Notes: generated by a model from the sequence alone, not told the origin. Counted from the first letter of the stretch, positions 1-12,410 are shown. The stretch: 64,000 bases of DNA from Eledone cirrhosa (GCA_964016885.1 CAXHJY010001565.1:19101-83100), one strand, 5' to 3'. Made by a program: numbers and translations.

Positions 1-198
1 ACACATACACACACATACTTACATGTACACATACACACACACCTTACCTGCCGCCATCTCCGCTCGGACTCTAATTTTCTTGCTTTTCCTCCCGCCGATC
101 TCCCAGTCCACTCACCCCATACACACTACCCCACCCCCGCCATCCAAGACCCCCTCCCACTCCCTTCACTTTAATTTTTTTTAAATTCTGTTTTTTAA

Positions 199-1273
199 CC
201 CTTTATCATTTACACTACTCTATATTTACATTACTTTATATATACACTACTCTATATTTACACTACTCTATATTTACACTATTCTATATTTACACTACTC
301 TATAATTACATTACTCTATATTTACACTACTGTATATTTACATTACACTATATTTATACTACTCTATATTTACACTACTGTATATTTATACTACTCTATA
401 TTTACACTACTGTATATTTACATTACTCTATATTTACATTACTCTATATTTACACTACTCTATATTTACACTACTCTATATTTACACTACTCTATATTTA
501 CACTACTCTATATTTACACTACTCTATATTTACATTACTCTATATTTATACTACTCTATATTTACATTACTCTATATTTACACTACTGTTTATTTTTATA
601 TTACTGTATATTTTTACATTACTCTATATTTACATTACTCTATATTTACATTACTCTATATTTACACTACTCTATATTTACACTACTCTATATTTACACT
701 ACTCTATATTTATACTACTCTATAATTACACTAATCTATAATTACACCACTCTATATTTACATTACTTTATAATTACACCACTCTATATTTACATTACTT
801 TATATTTACTACTTTATTTCCACGGTAAACATTTTACCTCATATAATTATCTCACACAATATCGAATCTATGAGATTTTGATAATACTTATTTTGAGAAC
901 AATACCTCAATGTAAATATGGGCAGCTGGTTATCGTTAGTTTAAACAGAGAGAGGTGAGAATTCCGGCCGGATACGACCGGTTTAAATGCTATAGGGTTA
1001 GGGCAGAGTAGAAGGTCCAGTCATTACACTTCTGTTAAATGAGGGCTTTCTGCCTGGAGGAACTAAAAAAATCATAAGAAGAGATAGAAACAAACCTAGC
1101 AACAACAACATGTCTTGAGGTTACTATTTTAACAACACTGCCAATTACATCGGTTGCAGCTCTGAGACGGCCAAAACACTCTTTGTTCCTAGTGAGCTTT
1201 TCAACCGTTTCAGTCCTGCAACACAGAGAGGTGAGAATTCCAGCCGGATACGACCGGTTTAAATGCTATAGGG
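199..1273. mobile_element. piggyBac-like non-autonomous DNA transposon (MITE) with TTAA target-site duplication
   Basis: TTAA at 195-198 followed by CCCTTTATCATTTA; right end TAAATGCTATAGGG followed by TTAA at 1274-1277 (imperfect TIR). A second copy of the right ~55 bp lies at ~945-1000. Confidence 0.65.
207..815. repeat. 16-bp minisatellite (CACTACTCTATATTTA)n, ~38 copies, inside the MITE
   Basis: Period of 16 read directly (e.g. cactac at 245 and 261). Confidence 0.9.
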
Positions 1274-1399
1274 TTAATATAATCTGTTTCTATTTATTTT
1301 GATGTTTATTTTTATTTCTATTTTTTCCTGTCCTTTCATGTTTTTCCTATTAACCCCCCCCCCCACACACACACCCCACACCCTCTCGAAGTTCTTCCC

Positions 1400-1436
1400 A
1401 ACTTCCTGATGAAGGACTTATGTCTGAAACGTCATA
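1400..1436 (+). ncRNA. Degenerate hammerhead-like core (Penelope pLTR-type)
   Basis: CTGATGA(1406)-A-GGAC-TTAT-GTCT-GAAAC-GTC; stem II present, stem I not evident. Confidence 0.4.
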
Positions 1437-1561
1437 ACCCCCCCCCCCCACTCTCATCAAGCGTGAAGCTAATAACACTATATACTGTTGACTCCTGTGT
1501 TTGTTTATTTGTCCTTTTGAAATCTATATATTATATCATATTACCCTAAAAGTAGAACTGA

Positions 1562-1661
1562 TCTACACCATCTATGTCTGTATATATGTCGTCTGCGTGT
1601 ATTATAGGCAGTCTACACCATCTATGTCTGTATATATGTCGTCTGCGTGTATTATAGGCAG
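1562..1661. repeat. Exact 50-bp tandem duplication spanning the splice acceptor
   Basis: tctacaccatctatgtctg...attataggcag at 1562-1611 and 1612-1661. Confidence 0.9.
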
Positions 1662-1912
1662 AGGACAATGAGCGCTACAAATTGGGAGAACTGAAAAAGG
1701 ATTTAAAACACTGTTTGGCCGAAACAGTGTTTCTGATTGTTGACCAAAGCTATGCCGGACACATAGCTAACGCTTTCCAAGGTTCCGTAGACCACCCCAA
1801 TGTCCAAGTTCTGGCTAGCAGTCAGGCAGCCCAGTATTCATTTGGAAGAAATTTCTCAGAATTCATTGCATCCTACAACCACAGCCACACCTGTCTACCG
1901 CAGGTGCTTCAG
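1658..1912 (+). CDS. Internal coding exon (phase 0-0, 85 codons) of a probable peptidase C13/caspase-fold-like protein
   Basis: TAG acceptor 1655-1657, CAG|GTGAGT donor at 1913; open frame AEDNERYKLGELKKDLKHCLAETVFLIVDQSYAG...HTCLPQVLQ. Hydrophobic strand + DQSYAG resembles the clan CD DxCxSG motif (family call from recalled motif only). Confidence 0.8.
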
Positions 1913-1934
1913 GTGAGTTAAATAAGATTAATAA

Positions 1935-2042
1935 TGCTTTCTGATTTAGGCACAAAGTCAGTTTTTGGAGCGAGGAGTCGATTAAATCAACCCCAGTCCA
2001 TTACTAATATTTTATTTTAACCCCGTAAAAATGAAAGGCAAA
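1935..2042 (-). mobile_element. SINE fragment (family with central domain GCCTTTCATCC...GGGGTCGATAAAATAAAGTACCAG)
   Basis: Similar to copies at 30665, 42920 and 62743 (ggcacaa...gattaaatcaaccccagt...atgaaaggcaaa). Confidence 0.6.
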
Positions 2043-2066
2043 AAATAAATAATAAATAAAAATAAA

Positions 2067-3050
2067 AATCTGTCTACTAGTAAAGATACTATAAACATTT
2101 GAACTAATAAACCACAGGAAACCATATTCGTAAGACATCTTTGAAAAGTACAAAACAACACTATGACTACATCACATTAAATACAGAAGTCTTTAATACA
2201 ATAAATTATACAACAATCTGTCCACCACTAAAGATACTATAAACATTTAGTACAAAACGACACTATGACTACATCACATTAAAGTCTTTACTGTAATACT
2301 GTAAATTTTCACAACAATCTGTCCACCAGTAAAGATACTATAAACATTTAGTACAAAACCACACTATGACTATATCACATTAAATATTAAAGTCTTTACT
2401 GTAATACTGTAAATTTTCACAACAGTCTGTCCACCAGTAAAGATACTATAAACATTTAGTACAAAACCACACTATGACTATATCACATTAAATATTAAAG
2501 TCTTTACTGTAATACTGTAAATTTTCACAACAGTCTGTCCACCAGTAAAGATACTATAAACATTTAGTACAAAACAACACTATGACTACATCACATTAAA
2601 TATTAAAGTCTTTACTGTAATACTGTAAATTTTCACAACAGTCTGTCCACCAGTAAAGATACTATAAACATTTAGTACAAAACAACACTATGACTACATC
2701 ACATTAAATATTAAAGTCTTTACTGTAATACTGTAAATTTTCACAACAGTCTGTCCACCAGTAAAGATACTATAAACATTTAGTACAAAACAACACTATG
2801 ACTACATCACATTAAATATTAAAGTCTTTACTTAAACATGCTAAATGTTCACAACAATCTGTCCACAAAGATACTATAAACATTTGAATTAGCAAACCAC
2901 TTGAAACCACATTAGCAAGTCAATCTTGAAAAGCACAAAACAACACTATGACGACATCACACTACACATAGATGTCTTTACTCTAATACTACACATTTTT
3001 CAAACAATCTGTCCACCAGTAAAGATACTATAAACATTTGAATTAACAAA
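2067..3050. repeat. 108-bp intronic minisatellite with longer diverged flanking units
   Basis: gtccaccagtaaagatac recurs at 2321, 2429, 2537, 2645, 2753. Confidence 0.9.
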
Positions 3051-3147
3051 CACATGTTTATAAATATTTTCTGCTAAATTATTACAGGATGCTAAGAGTT
3101 AAGCTTATACGTCTTTTTTTCTTTTCTTTACTTTTTGATGTCGCCAG

Positions 3148-3345
3148 GAAAGTAAAAAGGTTCTCAGAAAATCGAGCCCTGTATTCACAGCAGGAAAAGG
3201 GACACCACAACAGCGAATCCCTAAAAATATCTTCGGAGCGCCTTGCAACCTGACTTTACCATTTCGATCCTGGGAACTGGAATCATACCGTGGCTGCCGA
3301 AATGTCCCAACAGCCGTATGGCTGAAAATTTTACGACAAACATGA
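3148..3345 (+). CDS. Terminal coding exon of the same gene (65 aa + TGA)
   Basis: Polypyrimidine tract + CAG acceptor (3145-3147), phase 0 matches the previous donor; ESKKVLRKSSPVFTAGKGTPQQRIPKNIFGAPCNLTLPFRSWELESYRGCRNVPTAVWLKILRQT*. Not in the ORF track (no start codon). Confidence 0.8.
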   Translation, partial: ESKKVLRKSSPVFTAGKGTPQQRIPKNIFGAPCNLTLPFRSWELESYRGCRNVPTAVWLKILRQT

Positions 3346-3394
3346 AATAATTCTCGAAAATTGGTGAATAATTTCGAAAGAGATCAAAATGGAG

Positions 3395-3400
3395 AATAAA
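3395..3400 (+). terminator. Candidate polyadenylation signal AATAAA
   Basis: AATAAA 50 nt after the stop codon; AT-rich context weakens it. Confidence 0.35.
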
Positions 3401-3544
3401 ATTGAAGAATTTTGTGAAATAAGAGAAGCTATATGATAGAGGTAGGAAGTAGTAGGGTGGGAGTGGTTGGTATGGTGGGTGATGTAGTATGGTAGAGGGG
3501 GATATAAATATTAACAAATAAAGAAAAAAAAATTAGCATGCGAA

Positions 3545-3612
3545 TATGTATGTGGGTATGTATGTACATATGTATATATATATATGTATGTATATGTATG
3601 TATATATGTGTG

Positions 3613-3644
<32 letters not shown>

Positions 3645-4380
3645 TATAAGTATACATGTGTGTATATATATATATATACACACATATATATACTTAAATA
3701 TATATATATACTTATAAGTATATATATATACATATATATATATACATATATACATATACATATACACATATACATATATATATACATATATATATACATA
3801 TATATATACATATGTATATATATACATATATATATATATATACATACATATATATATACATATATATATATATATACATACATATATATATACATATATA
3901 TATACATACATATATATATACATACATATATACATACATACATATATATATACATACATATATATATATATATATACATACATATATATATACATATATA
4001 TATACATATATATATACATATGTATATATATACATATATATATATATATACATACATATATATATACATATATATATACATACATATATATATACATACA
4101 TATATACATACATACATATATACATACATATATATATATACATACATATATATATACATACATATATATATACATACATATATATATACATACATATATA
4201 TATACATACATATATATATACATATATACATACATACATATATACATACATACATATATACATACATACATATATATATACATATATATATACATATATA
4301 TATACATATATATATACATATATATATACATATATATATACATATATATATATACATATATACATATACATATATATATA
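3545..4380. repeat. (TA)n/(TACA)n compound microsatellite
   Basis: Direct reading; source of the Y/I/H/M ORFs. Confidence 0.95.
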
Positions 4381-7300
4381 TTGAAACAAAATGAAAACGA
4401 AATTTCATTTCTCACTCTTAGTATGGCACTTACTTAAATGTAAGTATGCATGTATACGTACATACATATATGTATACAGACGTACAGTAGCATGCACATA
4501 TATATATATATATACATATATACATACAATGCATACAGGTACACATACATATATGCACGTATCAGTTTAGCGGCGCTAACGTCGCTTTGTTCGTTTGTAA
4601 ACAAACTGAACAGCCTGAATTTATGCCATACGGTGTTAAGGCAACCACGTCACCTTTTTGTTCAACACTGACACAGGAACGATGTACTAGTTTCAAGCTT
4701 GTTACGTATCATCAGCCACCGTTTACCCATCTGCCAGATAGTTGAACGTTCGAAAGTATATACTTTCCTATGAAAATTAACGGCTGAGCAGCCTAATTTG
4801 CATATTGAGTGAGTTAAATCGGTCAGGCATACCGAAAACGATAAATTGAAACAAAATGAAAACGAAATTTCATTTCTCACTCTTAGTATGGCACTTACTT
4901 AAATGTAAGTATGCATGTATACGTACATACATATATGTATACAGACGTACAGTAGCATGCACATATATATATATATATACATATATACATACATATGCAT
5001 ACAGGTACACATACATATATGCACGTATCAGTTTAGCGGCGCTAACGTCGCTTTGTTCGTTTGTAAACAAACTGAACAGCCTGAATTTATGCCATACGGT
5101 GTTAAGGCAACCACGTCACCTTTTTGTTCAACACTGACACAGGAACGATGTACTAGTTTCAAGCTTGTTAGCTATCATCAGCACCGTTTACCCATCTGCC
5201 AGATAGTTGAACGTTCGAAAGTATATACTTTCCTTATGAAAATTAACGGCTGAGCAGCCTAATTTGCATATTGAGTGAGTTAAATCGGTCAGGCATACCG
5301 AAAACGATAAATTGAAACAAAATGAAAACGAAATTTCATTTCTCACTCTTAGTATGGCACTTACTTAAATGTAAGTATGCATGTATACGTACATACATAT
5401 ATGTATACAGACGTACAGTAGCATGCACATATATATATATATATACATATATACATACATATGCATACAGGTACACATACATATATGCACGTATCAGTTT
5501 AGCGGCGCTAACGTCGCTTTGTTCGTTTGTAAACAAACTGAACAGCCTGAATTTATGCCATACGGTGTTAAGGCAACCACGTCACCTTTTTGGTCAACAC
5601 TGACACAGGAACGATGTACTAGTTTCAAGCTTGTTAGCTATCATCAGCACCGTTTACCCATCTGCCAGATAGTTGAACGTTCGAAAGTAAATACTTTCCT
5701 TATGAAAATTAACGGCTGAGCAGCCTAATTTGCATATTGAGTGAGTTAAATCGGTCAGGCATACCGAAAACGATAAATTGAAACAAAATGAAAACGAAAT
5801 TTCATTTCTCACTCTTAGTATGGCACTTACTTAAATGTAAGTATGCATGTATACGTACATACATATATGTATACAGACGTACAGTAGCATGCACATATAT
5901 ATATATATATACATATATACATACATATGCATACAGGTACACATACATATATGCACGTATCAGTTTAGCGGCGCTAACGTCGCTTTGTTCGTTTGTAAAC
6001 AAACTGAACAGCCTGAATTTATGCCATACGGTGTTAAGGCAACCACGTCACCTTTTTGTTCAACACTGACACAGGAACGATGTACTAGTTTCAAGCTTGT
6101 TAGCTATCATCAGCACCGTTTACCCATCTGCCAGATAGTTGAACGTTCGAAAGTATATACTTTCCTTATGAAAATTAACGGCTGAGCAGCCTAATTTGCA
6201 TATTGAGTGAGTTAAATCGGTCAGGCATACCGAAAACGATAAATTGAAACAAAATGAAAACGAAATTTCATTTCTCACTCTTAGTATGGCACTTACTTAA
6301 ATGTAAGTATGCATGTATACGTACATACATATATGTATACAGACGTACAGTAGCATGCACATATATATATATATATACATATATACATACATATGCATAC
6401 AGGTACACATACATATATGCACGTATCAGTTTAGCGGCGCTAACGTCGCTTTGTTCGTTTGTAAACAAACTGAACAGCCTGAATTTATGCCATACGGTGT
6501 TAAGGCAACCACGTCACCTTTTTGTTCAACACTGACACAGGAACGATGTACTAGTTTCAAGCTTGTTAGCTATCATCAGCACCGTTTACCCATCTGCCAG
6601 ATAGTTGAACGTTCGAAAGTATATACTTTCCTTATGAAAATTAACGGCTGAGCAGCCTAATTTGCATATTGAGTGAGTTAAATCGGTCAGGCATACCGAA
6701 AACGATAAATTGAAACAAAATGAAAACGAAATTTCATTTCTCACTCTTAGTATGGCACTTACTTAAATGTAAGTATGCATGTATACGTACATACATATAT
6801 GTATACAGACGTACAGTAGCATGCACATATATATATATATATACATATATACATACATATGCATACAGGTACACATACATATATGCACGTATCAGTTTAG
6901 CGGCGCTAACGTCGCTTTGTTCGTTTGTAAACAAACTGAACAGCCTGAATTTATGCCATACGGTGTTAAGGCAACCACGTCACCTTTTTGTTCAACACTG
7001 ACACAGGAACGATGTACTAGTTTCAAGCTTGTTAGCTATCATCAGCACCGTTTACCCATCTGCCAGATAGTTGAACGTTCGAAAGTATATACTTTCCTTA
7101 TGAAAATTAACGGCTGAGCAGCCTAATTTGCATATTGAGTGAGTTAAATCGGTCAGGCATACCGAAAACGATAAATTGAAACAAAATGAAAACGAAATTT
7201 CATTTCTCACTCTTAGTATGGCACTTACTTAAATGTAAGTATGCATGTATACGTACATACATATATGTATACAGACGTACAGTAGCATGCACATATATAT

Positions 7301-7686
7301 ATATATATACATATATACATACATATGCATACAGGTACACATACATATATGCACGTATCAGTTTAGCGGCGCTAACGTCGCTTTGTTCGTTTGTAAACAA
7401 ACTGAACAGCCTGAATTTATGCCATACGGTGTTAAGGCAACCACGTCACCTTTTTGTTCAACACTGACACAGGAACGATGTACTAGTTTCAAGCTTGTTA
7501 GCTATCATCAGCACCGTTTACCCATCTGCCAGATAGTTGAACGTTCGAAAGTATATACTTTCCTTATGAAAATTAACGGCTGAGCAGCCTAATTTGCATA
7601 TTGAGTGAGTTAAATCGGTCAGGCATACCGAAAACGATAAATTGAAACAAAATGAAAACGAAATTTCATTTCTCACTCTTAGTATG
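4381..7686 (-). mobile_element. Left arm of 466-bp tandem hammerhead-ribozyme array (~7.1 units; retrozyme-like / non-autonomous Penelope-like)
   Basis: Unit starts ttgaaacaaaatgaaaacg at 4381, 4846, 5312, 5778, 6244, 6710, 7176, 7642. HHR motifs on - at 4678-4723 (damaged), 5144-5188, 5610-5654, 6076-6120, 6542-6586, 7008-7052, 7474-7518. Confidence 0.85.
5144..5188 (-). ncRNA. Minimal type I hammerhead ribozyme (representative of the left arm)
   Basis: Reverse complement: AACGGTG-CTGATGA-TAGCT-AACA-AGCTT-GAAAC-TA-GTA^CATCGTT; 7-bp stem I, AGCT/AGCT stem II, short palindromic stem III. Confidence 0.85.
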
Positions 7687-10123
7687 CATATGTATGTATA
7701 TATGTATATATATATATATATGTGCATGCTACTGTACGTCTGTATACATATATGTATGTACGTATACATGCATACTTACATTTAAGTAAGTGCCATACTA
7801 AGAGTGAGAAATGAAATTTCGTTTTCATTTTGTTTCAATTTATCGTTTTCGGTATGCCTGACCGATTTAACTCACTCAATATGCAAATTAGGCTGCTCAG
7901 CCGTTAATTTTCATAAGGAAAGTATATACTTTCGAACGTTCAACTATCTGGCAGATGGGTAAACGGTGCTGATGATAGCTAACAAGCTTGAAACTAGTAC
8001 ATCGTTCCTGTGTCAGTGTTGAACAAAAAGGTGACGTGGTTGCCTTAACACCGTATGGCATAAATTCAGGCTGTTCAGTTTGTTTACAAACGAACAAAGC
8101 GACGTTAGCGCCGCTAAACTGATACGTGCATATATGTATGTGTACCTGTATGCATATGTATGTATATATGTATATATATATATATATGTGCATGCTACTG
8201 TACGTCTGTATACATATATGTATGTACGTATACATGCATACTTACATTTAAGTAAGTGCCATACTAAGAGTGAGAAATGAAATTTCGTTTTCATTTTGTT
8301 TCAATTTATCGTTTTCGGTATGCCTGACCGATTTAACTCACTCAATATGCAAATTAGGCTGCTCAGCCGTTAATTTTCATAAGGAAAGTATATACTTTCG
8401 AACGTTCAACTATCTGGCAGATGGGTAAACGGTGCTGATGATAGCTAACAAGCTTGAAACTAGTACATCGTTCCTGTGTCAGTGTTGAACAAAAAGGTGA
8501 CGTGGTTGCCTTAACACCGTATGGCATAAATTCAGGCTGTTCAGTTTGTTTACAAACGAACAAAGCGACGTTAGCGCCGCTAAACTGATACGTGCATATA
8601 TGTATGTGTACCTGTATGCATATGTATGTATATATGTATATATATATATATATGTGCATGCTACTGTACGTCTGTATACATATATGTATGTACGTATACA
8701 TGCATACTTACATTTAAGTAAGTGCCATACTAAGAGTGAGAAATGAAATTTCGTTTTCATTTTGTTTCAATTTATCGTTTTCGGTATGCCTGACCGATTT
8801 AACTCACTCAATATGCAAATTAGGCTGCTCAGCCGTTAATTTTCATAAGGAAAGTATATACTTTCGAACGTTCAACTATCTGGCAGATGGGTAAACGGTG
8901 CTGATGATAGCTAACAAGCTTGAAACTAGTACATCGTTCCTGTGTCAGTGTTGAACAAAAAGGTGACGTGGTTGCCTTAACACCGTATGGCATAAATTCA
9001 GGCTGTTCAGTTTGTTTACAAACGAACAAAGCGACGTTAGCGCCGCTAAACTGATACGTGCATATATGTATGTGTACCTGTATGCATATGTATGTATATA
9101 TGTATATATATATATATATGTGCATGCTACTGTACGTCTGTATACATATATGTATGTACGTATACATGCATACTTACATTTAAGTAAGTGCCATACTAAG
9201 AGTGAGAAATGAAATTTCGTTTTCATTTTGTTTCAATTTATCGTTTTCGGTATGCCTGACCGATTTAACTCACTCAATATGCAAATTAGGCTGCTCAGCC
9301 GTTAATTTTCATAAGGAAAGTATATACTTTCGAACGTTCAACTATCTGGCAGATGGGTAAACGGTGCTGATGATAGCTAACAAGCTTGAAACTAGTACAT
9401 CGTTCCTGTGTCAGTGTTGAACAAAAAGGTGACGTGGTTGCCTTAACACCGTATGGCATAAATTCAGGCTGTTCAGTTTGTTTACAAACGAACAAAGCGA
9501 CGTTAGCGCCGCTAAACTGATACGTGCATATATGTATGTGTACCTGTATGCATATGTATGTATATATGTATATATATATATATATGTGCATGCTACTGTA
9601 CGTCTGTATACATATATGTATGTACGTATACATGCATACTTACATTTAAGTAAGTGCCATACTAAGAGTGAGAAATGAAATTTCGTTTTCATTTTGTTTC
9701 AATTTATCGTTTTCGGTATGCCTGACCGATTTAACTCACTCAATATGCAAATTAGGCTGCTCAGCCGTTAATTTTCATAAGGAAAGTATATACTTTCGAA
9801 CGTTCAACTATCTGGCAGATGGGTAAACGGTGCTGATGATAGCTAACAAGCTTGAAACTAGTACATCGTTCCTGTGTCAGTGTTGAACAAAAAAAAAAAA
9901 AAAAAGGTGACGTGGTTGCCTTAACACCGTATGGCATAAATTCAGGCTGTTCAGTTTGTTTACAAACGAACAAAGCGACGTTAGCGCCGCTAAACTGATA
10001 CGTGCATATATGTATGTGTACCTGTATGCATATGTATGTATATATGTATATATATATATATATGTGCATGCTACTGTACGTCTGTATACATATATGTATG
10101 TACGTATACATGCATACTTACAT
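7682..10123 (+). mobile_element. Right (inverted) arm of the 466-bp HHR array (~5.2 units)
   Basis: Reverse complement of the left-arm unit; HHR motifs on + at 7962-8006, 8428-8472, 8894-8938, 9360-9404, 9826-9870; junction microhomology GTATG at 7682-7686. Confidence 0.85.
7962..8006 (+). ncRNA. Minimal type I hammerhead ribozyme (representative of the right arm), predicted cleavage after 7999 (GUA)
   Basis: AACGGTG(7962-68) CTGATGA(7969-75) TAGCT AACA AGCTT GAAA(7990-93) C TA GTA(7997-99) CATCGTT(8000-06). Confidence 0.85.
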
Positions 10124-10287
10124 ATATATATACATATACATATATATATACATATACATATATATATACATATACATATATATATACATATATATATACA
10201 TATATATATACATATATATATACATATATATATATATATACATATATATATACATATATATATATATATACATATATATACATATAC

Positions 10288-10318
<31 letters not shown>

Positions 10319-10347
10319 CATATATATACATATATATATATATATAC

Positions 10348-10389
<42 letters not shown>

Positions 10390-10445
10390 GTATATATATA
10401 TACATGTATATATATGTACATGTATATATATACATGTATATATAT

Positions 10446-10492
<47 letters not shown>

Positions 10493-10528
10493 CATGTATA
10501 TATATATACATGTATATATATATACATG

Positions 10529-10563
<35 letters not shown>

Positions 10564-10673
10564 GTATATATATATACATGTATATATATATACATGTATA
10601 TATATATACATGTATATATATATACATGTATATATATATACATGTATATATATATACATGTATATATATATAC

Positions 10674-10704
<31 letters not shown>

Positions 10705-10866
10705 CATATATATATATACATATATATATATACATATATATATATACATATATACATATATATATACATATATATATATATACATATATATACATATATA
10801 TATATACATATATATATATACATATATATATACATATGTATATATATATATATATGTATATATATC

Positions 10867-10908
<42 letters not shown>

Positions 10909-10913
10909 TATAC

Positions 10914-10972
<59 letters not shown>

Positions 10973-11306
10973 TATACATATATATATATACATATATATA
11001 TATACATATATATATACATATGTATATATATACATATGTATATATATATATATATATGTATATATATCTATATATATATGCATATATATCTATATATATA
11101 TATATATATGCATATATGTATATATATATATATATGCATATATGTATATATATGCATATATGTATGTATATATATATGCATATATGTATGTATATATATA
11201 TGCATATATGTATGTATATATGCATATATGTATGTATATATATATGCATATATGTATGTATATATATATGCATATATGTATGTATATATATATGCATATA
11301 TGTATG

Positions 11307-11341
<35 letters not shown>

Positions 11342-12091
11342 GCATATATGTATATATATGCATATATGTATATATATATATACATATATGTATATATGTA
11401 TATATATATATGCATATATGTATATATATATATATATGCATATATGTATATATATATATGCATATATGTATATATGTATATGCATATATGTATATATATA
11501 TATGCATATATGTATATATATATATATGCATATATGTATATATATATATGCATATATGTATATATATATATGCATATATGTATATATATATATGCATATA
11601 TGTATATATATATATGCATATATGTATATATATATATGCATATATGTATATATATATATGCATATATGTATATATATATATGCATATATGTATATATATA
11701 TATGCATATATGTATATATATATATGCATATATGTATATATATATATGCATATATGTATATATATATATATGCATATATGTATATATATATATATGCATA
11801 TATGTATATATATATATGCATATATGTATATATATATATGCATATATGTATATATCTATATATATATATGCATATATGTATATATATATATATATATATG
11901 CATATATGTATATATATATATATATATATGCATATATGTATATATATATATATATATATATGCATATATGTATATATATATATATATATGCATATATGTA
12001 TATATATATTATGCATATATATATATATGCATATATGTATATATATATGCATATATATATGTATATATATATGCATATATATATATATATA
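10124..12091. repeat. (TA)n microsatellite with TACA, CATG and TGCA interruptions
   Basis: Direct reading. Confidence 0.95.
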
Positions 12092-12142
12092 TAAAATAAA
12101 GTTAAATAAAAGTCAAATGATTAAAATTTAGCTTCGTTTATT

Positions 12143-12197
12143 ACTGCTATATATATTTCAGTGACAGCCATCTTTGGCTGTGACCTCTTCAGGCAGT
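12143..12197 (-). ncRNA. Type I hammerhead ribozyme
   Basis: Reverse complement of the motif at 12411-12465. Confidence 0.75.
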
Positions 12198-12410
12198 TTG
12201 AATTAGTGTGGTATAGACAGGTACATATGTTGTTTAGGTGTATGATATTGTCAATACTCTGATATGCCCAGTTCCTTGCTGGGTTGTTAATTCACTGGGG
12301 AACTGGAGTCATATCAGAGCACAACCCAGCAAGGAACTGGGCATATCAGAGTATTGACAATATCATACACCTAAACAACATATGTACTTGTCTATACCAT
12401 ACTAATTCAA

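Noticed and set aside
4856-10111. Repeated 93/112/66-aa ORFs in the 466-bp unit
   Set aside because: Short, overlapping, partly microsatellite-derived, with no recognisable domain; the unit is better explained as non-coding RNA.
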